Shown here: positions 12,282 through 24,453 of the stretch, piece by piece
Position numbering within the stretch: the first letter of the stretch is position 1
Layout of the letters: each line of letters opens with the position of its first letter
Assembly (NCBI GenBank): GCA_963514005.1
Contig: OY740806.1
Location: forward strand, 19,468,001 to 19,532,000
From: Raja brachyura
Taxonomy: Eukaryota
Direction of reading: 5' to 3'
Length of the DNA: 64,000 nucleotides
The notes under the pieces: generated by a model
The model's input: only the letters and a program-made list of their open reading frames with translations
Told to the model about the DNA's origin: nothing
Database searches by the model: none
Translations under genes and position numbers: made by a program

Positions 12282-13030
12282 AAGAAAAATGTGAGGTGTT
12301 ACATCTTGGGAAGTCTAACATGGGCAGCACATACACAGTGAATGGTAGGGCTCTGGGTAGTGTTGTAGAGCAAAGGGATCTTGGAGTGCAGGTGCGTAGT
12401 TCCGTGAAGGAGGAGTTACAGGTAGATCGGGAGGTCAAAAAGGACACATTGAGTACAAAAAGGACATATTTTGACACATTGAGTACAGAAGTTGGGAGGT
12501 CATGTGGCAGTTGTATAAGACGTTCGTGAGGCCACATTTAAAGTATTGTGTTCAGTTCTGGACACCGTGTTACAGGAAAGATGTTGTCAAGCTGGAACGG
12601 GTACAGTTAAGAATTACGAGGATGTTGCCAGAACTACAGGGTCTGAGCTATAGGCAGAGGTTGAGTAGGCTGCGACTCTATTCCTTGGAGCGCAGGAGGA
12701 TGAGGGGTGATCTTATTGAGGTGTGTAAAATCATGAGAGGAATAGATAGATGAACAGAGTCTCTTGCCCAGATCTTAGGACCAGAGGTCATAGGTTTAAG
12801 TTGAATGGAAAATATTTAATAGGAATCTAAGGGGTATATTTTTCACACAACAAGCTGTCAGAGGAGGTAGTTGAGACAGGGACTATCCCAACGTTTAAGA
12901 AACAGTTAGACAGATACATTGATAGGGCAGGTTTGGAGGGATATGGACCAAACGTGAGCAGCTGGGACTAGTGTAGCTGGGACATGTTAGCCGGTGTGGG
13001 CAGGTTGGGCCGAAGGGCCGATTTCCACAA
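12282..13030 (+). mobile_element. CR1-like LINE 3' portion (subfamily B), frameshifted RT
   Basis: LHLGKSN...EQRDLGVQV; QLYKTFVRPHLKYCVQFW...[22 protein letters not shown]; family B tail. Confidence 0.92.
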
Positions 13031-16000
13031 CGCTTCCTCAATTACTCCACGTTTTGAGAAATGCATCCAATTCACCAGTTTTCTTTTGTGGAAATGGAAG
13101 CAGATGTTTGGACTTATGCAGGCTAAAACGTAATGTCCATTTGGTAGTTAAGTGCATTATATACTCTCATCAGCACAGTGTACTGCACTTAATTTCCAAG
13201 TTCATTCTTTTGAATTCAATAGGATAAAACTCAAAGGCAGAGTGCAATACAGTGACCTGACTATATTGTAAACATAGCACGACCAATAAAATATGGATTT
13301 CAAGGTACTAATATTTAAGAACACGGAAATAAAATGAGAAAAAATACCATTCATATCAAATTCCCTTCCTTTCTATTTTAGCAGAATCCGTTATATGTAA
13401 CAGACAAAATAATTCATATGGGTGTATCAAGTTTTCATACCTTGATATGTTACTAACAATTCCATTAATCCGCCTCATGTTTTGCTGAGCTTTCATGATA
13501 TAGCATAGTCTGAGTGAAGTATTTTTAAGACTTTGATAAGGCCAATATTGAACTAGTTGCTGGGAAATGGGTTGCAATGGCATGATTTAACTTACATTTA
13601 TCATCTTTCTCCACTGGGAGACAATTTTACCATCAAGCTTATGAATGAAACCTAATCCAGTTGCACAACATTGTACATGGGTCCAGTATTATGTCATTTC
13701 ACCCCATTGCATAGGGAAACTTTGCTCTATAAAGAAACAATTTGCTTCAGACCAAACAAATATCAAGCTATTTCAGTGCACTCAGCTATATTATGGCTAT
13801 TTATTGTGGCAAATGTATTTGCTTAGCATTTGCAGTAATGATACCCTGTCAGTGCAGAAAGTGGTACCTCAGGTGGGGTCTTTTTTGCTTTTCAACTAAC
13901 CTGTTATTTTGTTCCATTTCTGTCTGTCCACTCAACCTCATGGGGCCTGGGCGCATTCTACTTTTTAATCTTCTTTCATTTTCATCATGTGAGTAATCAT
14001 ATAACCATTTAATCCCTATGTAATTCCATTCCATTCCCTTGACCTGGAAAAGGATAACAACCTTTGACTAGTTAAAGGATAAATGTGTTCAATTTTACTC
14101 CTGGGTGGAGTATACCTTTAGCTTACATTAATGGCTAATTAGGTGAATAAAATAACAACATATTACTCCTGACCTATGAACCCAGGCTTCTTTACCTTAT
14201 ACATTTTTGTTTTTAGGATTACTTTCTTTGATGAAAACTATTGGACCTGCTTTTATTTTGTTCACTAAAAAGAGACAGTACTGCCTATTCATTGATCCCT
14301 GGGATATCAAATTCTCCATTTAATAAATTAAAATATTCAAATGTTGTATTTCTACCAATAAGAAAATGCATTCTAATTATCATTAACTTGTCAATTATCT
14401 TAGAATTATAATATTCAGGTTGGGATTGTCCAGCTAACAATATAAATAACTGTATTTTAAGTAAACTAAAAGTGTACATTTTTTCCCTTCAGACATGTGG
14501 AAAATAATAGTAATGAAAGGAGGGCTGTCTCTTTAAGATTTGTTTCCATGGCAGTTTGTTGACATGAATTGGCTCCTAAATGTTCTAGCTAGTGAATATA
14601 ATGTCATGTTATTAACCTGCTTTTCTTCCCACACCTCTTAAAAGTAACACATTTTGTACTGCTGAGAGATGAAAGGAAATGGCTGACACTTCAAGTGAAA
14701 TGGGTGACAACTTGTAATCAGGCTGAAACCTCAAGTTCCATTTAGATCTAACAAGGCTGAATAATTGTTTGGTGGGGGCTGCACATTACAAATGTAGAAT
14801 TGTAGTTCATTGACACAACCGTGGACGCACCAAAATTAAATGCCCATTCAGTGAGCTTCTCTGATACACCAGGTGTAGAGAAAAACATAGATCAGAGAAA
14901 GCCAAACAAAATCAAACAGTTCATAGTTCAGATGTTAAACAATGAGGATGAACACATTTGTGGAAATGTAGCATTACTAATTTCATGAAGAAGCAAGTAA
15001 GAACCCGCACATGGTGAAAAATATGGCTCTGATTAAATATTAAAATATTTTGTGTTCGCCTACGTTTGATTGCAGTATTGGAGTGGTATAATAAGAATAA
15101 TCCATGGATTTCATGCCAGCAAGAAAAAAAACACAGCATTTCCCAATTTATTCTTTAGTCATCTTATGTTCAATTTTTTAATATAATGCTTGCTCTTTCA
15201 ATCTAAATTCATAGATTTTCAACCATAATTTCAGAAAATGCAATAGCATACAGGCCATGTTTGTCACACATTTTGAAGCTGTTTTAGCCCATTTTCTTTC
15301 ACCTTTGCACTTTATTTGCAACCCTTGATATATATTCTGTACTAACACATTACCAATTGTTGAAATAATCATTCTGGTTTCAAATTATTTGATTTGACAT
15401 TCCAAAGAGACCTAATGTTCATGCTGCCCTCTATTAGTCATTTGAGTTCTAGAAACATCTTCCATCAAGATTCCTGTTCATTGTCATCATTGAGAAGGTT
15501 GTTTCTTATTTTCTGTCCCTGAGCTAAAATCAAGAAAGCTATATTTCAAAATGATACATCATTTTCAGCACCTGAATGTGCCATGCTCCCATATCATCCT
15601 AAATCATGCATAAAAATAAGTTTTAGCATAGAAAGAACAGTCAATTTAGTTGGTAAATTGAAAACAGAGTTATCAGGGGATCACCTATGTATTTTGTGTG
15701 TGTGTTTTTTCCTCCTGATTCCAAAGTTGTCCATTGTGCTTTCATTCACAATCAAAGATCCCAAACAAAATCCCCCTTGTTCCCAGAGAATGTCTGGAAA
15801 TTCCACTGGGATTCTGCAAATATTAGTAAAATGTTCACAATAAAGTATTTTTCCCCTTTTTTTAACATACATTTTCACCTCAGAGTTTCAGTGGAAAAGT
15901 AGTCAACAGAATATCCACTGAAATAACATCATTTGGAATCAACCTGATCTTGGCCTGACAACACAATATGTCTTAAACTCCACGTCATTCACTTACTTTA

Positions 16001-19000
16001 GCATCAATAAATGTCCAATAAATCACTTCAGTAACTCGATATGCCCAGTATAAATTCAACTGAGTAAAGAAACTCATTGTTCTGTTCCTGTAAAACTTAT
16101 GATGTAGCAACATATGAAGGTTTAACTCCACCTGTGACATTCAGCTGCATTGAGTTGAATGGCAATGAACTTAAAGGGCAAGTTCACTTGCCTGCATAAA
16201 TCATAACATGATGAAATCATAACAATCAAAACATAAAACATTGGATGAATTTCTAGCAGCAGTCAGCATCAGATCCTTACTGTTTGTCATATACATTAAC
16301 ACATTGGATTAGAATGTAGGATAAATTATTGGGATATTTGCAGATGTCACAGAAACTGGTCGTATTGTTGATAGTGAGGAGGGCGGTCTTGGGTTACAGA
16401 ACTATGTTGATCAGCTGAGAGCAGTGACAGATGGAATTCAATTGTTCAATGGAACATTATTGCTAATCCTGATATGTGCAAGATGCGCTTGTTGCTTTTT
16501 GCATTTTGACAGATCCAATATATCCCACAAATGTAGGACGCAGGAGAGTGAAGAGAAACGTCCATAAATCTGTGAAAGTCAGGTCATATGCACGTATGAT
16601 GAGGTAACAATGAAAATCTTGCTTGAAGCAGCATCACAGGCACATAAAAAAACATAAATTATATATAAATCACACATAAATTCTGCAAAATGGTGAAAAG
16701 TAAAAGACTATGCAAACAATATAAATAGTGCAAAAATTACTACAAATACCATTGGTCTTCATGGACATGATGGATCAAAGGGTCTGTTTCAGAGCTTTAT
16801 GTTCCTTTCGTTAGTCGTTTAGTTTCTTCCCTCTTCGAAGACAGCTAAGCATTCTCCTCCACTACCTCTGCTCTCCTGTGACCAGGAAAGTCAGAGCAAT
16901 ACATAGAACAGCTTTCCATTAGCAACTTGGTCAAAAACTAACATGTCAAAATATCACACAATTAATTGATGATGTGAATTCTCAGCATTCTGAATTAAAG
17001 TCAGTGGATTAAAATGATAGACAACAGTTTAATCAAATTCTAATGTTAATGTGGTTTTATTAAATTTACTTATCACAATTTAAAACTCTGTGTTGCAAAC
17101 TATGTTGCAAAATTTGACAGATTGTGTTTAACTTTTTATTAGCAAATTTGTCTTAAAGCTTTCAGAAAGCATCGTACTTTATTGTACTCATGATGTAATC
17201 TTTGAAAGTCCACTTCTGTCATCTAATTACAATGTATATTGATTTAATTTACTCAAAATCCTCTTGAATTGCACCTATTTCATTTATAACTGTGCTTGGA
17301 CACCAAAAGGATATTTAAATAAACAGCCATGTTTATTGGATCTGAGCTAGTCACGAACAACATAATTTCCTTTAGTATTTTCACTAACTCAACCGTAAAC
17401 GTAATATTTGAATTTTTTAAATATTTCAAAGGCTAGTTTTTAAATGAAAAGCAAATTTGCCTTTCACTGATGATTCCTGTTGTCTGAAAAATATTTAGGT
17501 TGCAATGGCAGTGCCGCTCGTTAGTATGTCCACTTTGTTGGAGGCACCCAGTGTTCTTAAAATCTGATTCAAATCTCTGCCTCACCTACAGTAAGTTACG
17601 ATTCTGTATGCTTGTCCCCGAGAAGATAAGAAGAGTCTTGACCCAAAACGTCACCCATTCCTTCTCTCCAGACTTGCTGCATGTCCCGCTGAGTTACTCC
17701 AGCATTTTGTGTCTATCTTATATCTTTCAATACAGTTTTTAAAATTGCATCCTGGCATGGACATTGATTTGTGCCATTTCTGATATTATTCTCCTGTCAC
17801 AAACAACAGCATGGAGATGATTCTTATCAAATTGTTTGGTGCAGATAACACTTGGGTATCTATGATGAGGTGGGAATTTTGTTTTGTGTTCTTGAGTTAC
17901 CACAAATGTAGCTGTTAAAACGTGCCCAAAGTAATGTAATTTATGTGTTTAAATCAAAAATCATCTAATTTGGTTTGGTCTGCAGTTTCTAATGGTGAAA
18001 GAAAACATGCCATCCTTTAATATCACCTTCTTCTAATGGTGTACTGGACACTATTTCCTAAAAAAACTATTCTCTTTAAAATATCTAACATGTTGAGAAA
18101 AGTAACGTGTAAAATCTGACAGATATGAATCAAATTCTGGCCTTGGTAAAGATTTGTATTGCAACTCCAGGAGTCTAGCATCATTACATCTAGAGAGCAG
18201 CAGGTATCTAACATGACCTGTCCCATATTTTAACCATAATAGTAGTTCACACTACAGGAGCCCATGAAAAAATAGAGGTTGCATTGATTTAGGATGGAAT
18301 GGGTGCAGGATGCAAGAAAAAAAGATATGTTTTTTATCTTTGGCAAGGATCCAATTCAATTTTATGTAGAGAGAAATCCCTGTTGTTTAGGTAAGTGTTT
18401 CATTTAACCATTCATCTGTGTTTTTCCATTAAAGAAAATGAAGTTTGTGCAAACTGAGATTAATAGCACCTGCAGAGCAGTTTGTTCAAAGTTAAATCAA
18501 CAATTTTGGTGACAAAAGATTGAAGCTGTCATTGGCGATATTTGGAAGCTAACTACATGCTTTTTGGAGCGGGGAAGTTAATACAAATAAAGAATCAGAC
18601 ATTTTAAGTAACAATTTTTGCAAACACATCTATTGATTCAAACTTTGCTTATTTTTGCATAATTTGCATTGATATTGTTGCGAACATCCATTTTTTATAA
18701 ATGATTTGTCATAGTTAAAAGAACATAGATACTTCATTATAAGCAATCTTTCAATAAACTAATCGCTTACATTTTAAAACAATTTTGAATAAATTTGCAA
18801 CTTTTTCTATTGACAAATCTTCATTCTGCCTGCAGCCTGAAGTAATACATGCTTCTTGAATTGAATATCCAGTTCTTTAAATGTCATTGTATGAGTCCGG
18901 ATTCACTGTGTAGCAGAATACCTCACTGAGCTTTCCGCAGCCTACATGTCTTTTTCAAGCAATAGCAAACAGCTATTTGTTTGATGGAACAGCCCCCACA

Positions 19001-19767
19001 TGAGAAAGGGAACCCTTGAGAGACCACAGTTTGAATCATTAACAGAGATATTTTTTAAGCATCACCCCTTAAAATGTCCATCTATTGTTGGGTGAGTGAC
19101 GTAATCAGGTTTGCAGTTGCTGATGAGGAGGTTGGCACCACTCCTTCTGCTAAAGACATGGGAAGCAGTCTTAATCAGACACTTCAAAAAGGGAGAAGAG
19201 ATCCTTCTCTGGTGTTCAGTTAGCCCTGAATCAATTACTTTGCTAACTTTGTGTGAAACCGAATCCTAAAGTGACCATGTTCTGCGGTGTGGTACCAGGT
19301 AAATGTTGCTGGGGTATACAATACAAAGGCATATTCTGAGATACATTCTAACATGTTACACTTGTAGCTAGGCTGTTCTCTCACTTAAGATACGCAGAAA
19401 ATCCAGCAGCCTCCAATTGTTGGAATCTTCACCCAGTAAAAGGTTTAACATCTAGTTGGGTTAATGCCCAGATATTAGCTGTTGTTTCATTTTGGGTTGC
19501 CATTATTGGTAAGGAAGAATGAGATTGATTGCTCTTGTTTTGTCTACAACACATGAAATAATTAATTTGGGTTTCTCAAAAGTGCCTTTCCTAGCACTGG
19601 ACCTTCGATTTTTGAATGCATGTATTTAGTTCTGGATTTTATCATCTGATGCATCATATGACTAATACTGAAATCCTGTATTGAAGTTTCCTCCACACTC
19701 TTGTTGCAACTTAGTTTACATTTAAATTGTTTATCATAAGCTTTTTGCTTTCTTCAATTTTTTTTAG

Positions 19768-19803
19768 AAGAGAAAACTTCTACAATTCTTGCAAATTGGA
19801 AAG
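19768..19803 (+). CDS. NTM: IgLON (neurotrimin-like) 36-nt cassette microexon 2, phase 1-1, encoding (E)EKTSTILANWK
   Basis: ctttttgctttcttcaatttttttag|AAGAGAAAACTTCTACAATTCTTGCAAATTGGAAAG|gtttgt. The peptide resembles the recalled NTM alternative exon EVKTTALTPWK. It lies in the correct order between microexon 1 and the terminal exon. Confidence 0.8.
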
Positions 19804-21254
19804 GTTTGTAAAATGAAAGAAGTTAAAAAATGCATGAAACAAATTATAACTGCACTACAACTTAACAGTCTCTGTGAGTTCTAAGAATGCTAAACTAAAT
19901 GCTGGTGATCAAGCAAATAAATTAACATATTAACAAAATAAATTGGTCTTCAGTACCTATACTGTTGTTGCCTCTTTAAAGCTTCTAAGTAAATTTGCTC
20001 CATTAATTAATTCCCAATATTCAAATCCCTTTAAAATGTCTGTTGCTTTGTAGTGTTTCCAATCATCTAGTCCAATTAGCACAGTTGTAGTGACCTGGTT
20101 TAGTCATTTAGTTTGATGTACTGAATGCATTGTAAACATGTGCATGTATGTGTTTAAAGTTTTCATCAGTAGCAATAGATCATTTCGGATTGTGAACGAA
20201 ATTATTCAAAATTATCATTTTGATAATATTGCTTTTTTTTAAATTGTGTTTTAAAACATTTTTCATGGAAAGTATTTACAGCCAAATCCCCTGGTAAGAT
20301 CAACCAAGAATGTTTAATGATTTAGGAGAGGATTGATCTTGCTGGGCATGGTTTGGTTATTAATAATTTATTTTTTACCAATGTTGTATTATAGAATATT
20401 TTTAATGGTTCTTGGTTGCCTGTTTTCATAGGTTAATTAAAAATATATTGGATATATATGAACATGTAATAGATTTTTTGGTTGAGAAATTGCTGGAAAA
20501 ACAATGGCTTGTTTAAGATATCCCCCCCAATATTAAGGCATATCTCACAATCATCTCTGCCACCCACTCTTATCCCAAGCTGTTTGTGTTCATGAATAGA
20601 TGTGTCCTGAATTGCAAATCATCACAAGCTGCTGGTTAATTTTTGCTGCTCCATCACGTTGTACAAATCCTTAATGTCTATCTCGATTGAATGTGCAGAA
20701 ATAGGTGTTTTGGGAGTATTTTTTAATCTCTTATTTCTTTATTGTGTCTTTTTTTACCCCTCTCAACATCTTCCCATTCATTGTCTTCAATTTAATTTAT
20801 TTCTGCACTCTGTTTAGCTATATTTCCTTCATTTTCTGTGTCATGCCATCTGTCCCCCATTTTCACGTTGCATTGAATGTTACAGGCCGCTGGATCCAAT
20901 GTTCAAGAGGTCCCAGATGCGCCTTTAACCTTGCTGCAATGTTGTCGAGTTGCATTTCCCAGCAGCTTGCAGTGCAAATGTGCAGCGACTTTAAGGCTGA
21001 GCTAATCATTCTCCAATTCACTGTGCCTGTCCAAGTCAAACTGCTCCAGCAATAGCTGAACCATTGTGGAAGAAGAGTTCTAGCTTTTGAAATTGAACTG
21101 TGGGGTAATAGGCCCAAATGCTGAATTGATTCTCCTTCAACAATCATAGCTAAAACAAATATTGAAAGTTAACTTACTTGTTTCATTTAAACACATTGAT
21201 ATCTCTGCTGCAACAGCAGAACAGGGAATTTTAGGTCAACCCATATGCATTTGT

Positions 21255-21465
21255 GTTAAAGAAGGAACTGCCGATGCTGGAGAATCGAGGGTTACACAAA
21301 AAGCTGGAGAAACTCAGCGGGTGCAGCAGCATCTAAGGAGCGAAGGAGATGGGCGACGTTTCGGGTCGAGACCCTTCTTCAGACTCTCGACCCGAAACGT
21401 CGCCCATCACCTTCGCTCCTTAGATGCTGCTGCACCCGCTGAGTTTCTCCAGCTTTTTGTGTAAC
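21255..21465. mobile_element. Penelope pLTR-derived hairpin mini-element with 15-bp TSD
   Basis: 83-bp inverted arms at 21289-21371 and 21385-21467 (1 mismatch). TSD cccatatgcatttgt at 21240-21254 and 21466-21480. Confidence 0.88.
21355..21384 (-). ncRNA. Minimal hammerhead ribozyme motif (Penelope-type)
   Basis: Minus strand reads GU-CUGAAGA-A-GGGUC-UC-GACCC-GAAACGUC: core CUGANGA, stem II, GAAA, palindromic ACGU in place of stem III, and a GUC triplet. Confidence 0.65.
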
Positions 21466-22369
21466 CCCATATGCATTTGTCCCCATTGTTGCCACAGTGC
21501 AATTTGTGTCCTTGTGATTATCACTTGCTGTTAAATTATCTTGACAGTCAGACAACCTCTATTTTGTGGCATGAGGTAACTCTTGTTACCTTTTCCCTTC
21601 TTTGCCTATTACTAAAACAGAGAGACTTCTTTCACTCTGCGTTTTAAGGGTAGCACAAGATGGTAAAACATAAGGCTGAAAGTGCCATTTAGTCTGTCAA
21701 TCCGCAACGCACCTTGTTAAATTGCTATCATTCTGCTGGTACGGTAAGAATGTATTTTATACAGTAACATTGTAAATTGTGATTCCAACAAGAATTTGCA
21801 TAATCCTTCAATTTTGACATCAAAATGTAGTCACTGAAAGGCTTCTGAGGGTGCATTTAAATTTTCAGAGGAACAGGATGCACTCAGTCATCAAGAGCCC
21901 AGATTGGCCGCAGGTACACAAAACATTTCCCCCGTGCCCTTCATTCTTTCAGCGGCTGCACCATAAATAATTATACTTTTCCTTTTAGAACATTACAATA
22001 TAATTTCACGAATGTCCCTGAAAAAAACGACCTAATTGTTTGGACTCTGAGTTAATATCGAAGTCCCATTCATTGAACAATGTCTGCTGAAGTTTAGTAT
22101 TTAATGCCATTGGCTGTCTGTGTCTATTATTGGATTGGAGATGATTTATCAGCAATTAAATAAGAAGCATATAAACAAAAGTAAGAGGAGGCTTTCTGGG
22201 ATCATCTGAACATGATAAAAATTGTGAGTGCCCTATAATTAATAACAGATATTTCAAATTGAATTTGTTAACATTTCATTTTGAAATGTCCCCGAGTGTA
22301 TAGAAACAATGAAAACAACTTTTGACAGCAGCAAGATGTCAGAAACCATCAGAGTAGTACTGTGTCAAA

Positions 22370-22876
22370 GTGTCACAGAGTCTTACAGTGTGGAAACAGG
22401 CCTTTTGGCCCTACTTGCCCACACCAGTCAACATGTCTCACTTGCCTGCGTTTGTCCCATATCCCTCTAAACCTGTCCAATCCATGTACTTGTCCAAGTG
22501 TTTCTTTAATGTTGCGATAGTACCTGCCTCAACTACATCCTCTGGCAGCTTGTTCCATACACCCACCACCCTTTGTGTGAAAAATTTACCCCTCAGGTTC
22601 CTATTGAATCTTTCTCCCCTCACCTTAAACCTATGTCCTCTGGTTCTCGATTCCCCTGCTTTGGGCAAGAGATTGTGCATCTGCCTGATCTATTCCTTTC
22701 ATGATTTTGAAAGCCTCTATAAGATCACTCCTCATCCTCCTGTGCTCCAAGGAATAGAGTCCTAGCCCACTCAACCTCCCCCTATAACCCAGGACCCTTA
22801 GGACTTGGCAACATCCTCGAAAATCTTCCCTGCACCCTTTCCAGCTTGACAACATCTTCCTGTAACATAGTGCCCA
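22370..22876 (-). mobile_element. CR1-like LINE 3' portion (subfamily B)
   Basis: Minus-strand LYSLEHRRMRSDLIEAFKIMKG and ESRTRGHRFKVRGERFNRNLRGKFFTQRVVGVWNKLP. Confidence 0.92.
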
Positions 22877-23861
22877 TGGTACTTGAGACACAGTTTCAGG
22901 TTTTGCCCAGGAATCCTATGCAATCTCATGGCAGATATGAGGTCCCCAGCATGACACTGTTGCAGCAGATAAATGCACCTGTGGTATTGGTGTACGTGGG
23001 TGGATCCAGCTGGATTGGTCCATTAAATCAGTTATTTTTCAGAGAACAGATAAAGAAATATCCATCACGAGGCAAAGGAAATCTGACCACGCACATCATT
23101 TTTTTCAAGTCCTCAAACTCTTCTATCATGCATCGTAATAGTCCGACCTAAATTGTCCTGTAATTTTATCCATTAGTCAGCTATCCATAGAATTATATTT
23201 TACGCCTAATGCATTACAAGTGGGTCCCATGAGAATCTTAGCTGTCCACACTTTGCGGATAGGATTATTGAGGTGGGGAGTTTAACGGGAATCCAATCAT
23301 CCAGTGCCTTATTTTAGCACGAGCAACCAAACCAACATGTGAACAACCCTACTCCAATCCAAGTCTCAGAAGATCACTGGCTTCTGAATCAATGTGATTT
23401 TTTACCATATTGATGAATTCTATTGCAACACAGAATAAGTTTTGACTAAATGGAGAAAGTGACCTGCACTAAGACATACTAGATAAGATTGCAACTCATC
23501 TGTATGGTTTGAAACTTTGAACATAGGATAAGCTACTACTTCCTACCATAACATATTAAGGAAGTAGAACTTAAATTTGCCAACAAAACCCCACATAAAA
23601 AATGCAGTAAAATTTAAATACCTGTTTGATGCAGCTGAGAGCTGAATTTATAGATCCAATTTGATTTAATTTAGGATTTTCACAGTGAAATGTAAAACGT
23701 GTTATTCCAGAGGTGAAGGGAATGCAAAAGATTGACTTCCTGGATAGTAATGAGATACAAATTCATTGCCAAACACACGTATTAAGCTGGCATTTTTGCC
23801 GCGTATGTGTTGAACTGGTGTTGTGGAAGCAGAGTTCAACTTATCGCACCCCATCGTGCAT

Positions 23862-24172
23862 TTGGGTTTAGGTTTATTAATGTCACATATACCAGAGAAC
23901 AGTGAATAGCTTTGTTTTGCATGTCATCCAATCAGATTAGATAATACTGTACATAGATACAATCACATCAAACTCAACTACAATAGAGAGAGCAAGGGGG
24001 ACAATATAGTTCTCAGCATTGTAGTGCACCAGTTCCATAAACAAAGTCCAATATCCGCAATGGGGCAGTGGTGAATTGGACAGTAGACCAGCTAATGGAA
24101 GCACTGTTCAGCAGCCTGATAACAGAGGGGAAGAAGCTGTTTCTGAGTCTGCTAGTGCACGCTTTCAAGCTT
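23862..24172 (-). mobile_element. Rex1/Babar-like LINE 3' end just upstream of the terminal exon
   Basis: tttaggtttattaatgtcacat...cagcctgataacagaggggaagaagctgtttctgagtctg is the reverse complement of a 43560-43830-type sequence. Confidence 0.7.
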
Positions 24173-24349
24173 CGGTGACGAATGATGGATTTCTATCCCA
24201 TGATGTTCCTACACATGCAATGATTTCAAAGCTTGCCAGCACCACTCAGAAGCAATTCGGGGTCAGACTGAATTACAATCTGCATCACAGGGAGCTGAAA
24301 ACGACGGCGTATGTCACTAAGCTGGTAATATGTGCTTGTCAATCCACAG

Positions 24350-24453
24350 GTCCCGGAACAGTGCTTGACGGGAATAACCGCGCTCCCGCAGGAATGACTC
24401 CGTCACTATGGCTACTGGTGATACTCTTCGTCCACTTCCTCTTCAAATTTTGA
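24350..24453 (+). CDS. NTM: Terminal coding exon of an IgLON family gene (NTM/OPCML-like): GPI-anchor signal (G)PGTVLDGNNRAPAGMTPSLWLLVILFVHFLFKF*
   Basis: Branch-like CACTAAG starts at 24316 and the acceptor is tccacag|GT. The GPG start and hydrophobic tail ending H-x-x-x-KF* match recalled NTM (GPGAVSEV...LHLLLKF) and OPCML (GPGAVIDG...AHFFIKF). NTM is preferred because of the microexons. Confidence 0.85.

Noticed and set aside
21621-21743. Cassette exon (pyrimidine tract...aaacag| to ACG|GTAAGA)
   Set aside because: It has an in-frame TAA in the IgLON phase and no similarity to IgLON peptides. The shorter 51-nt version has a weak acceptor.
21989-22035. Acceptor ttttccttttag as another microexon
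   Set aside because: There is no donor nearby and the frame hits TAA after 15 codons.
24076-24349. 5' part of the 125-aa ORF as coding
   Set aside because: It overlaps an antisense Rex1-like remnant and intron. IgLON similarity starts only at the acceptor at 24350.
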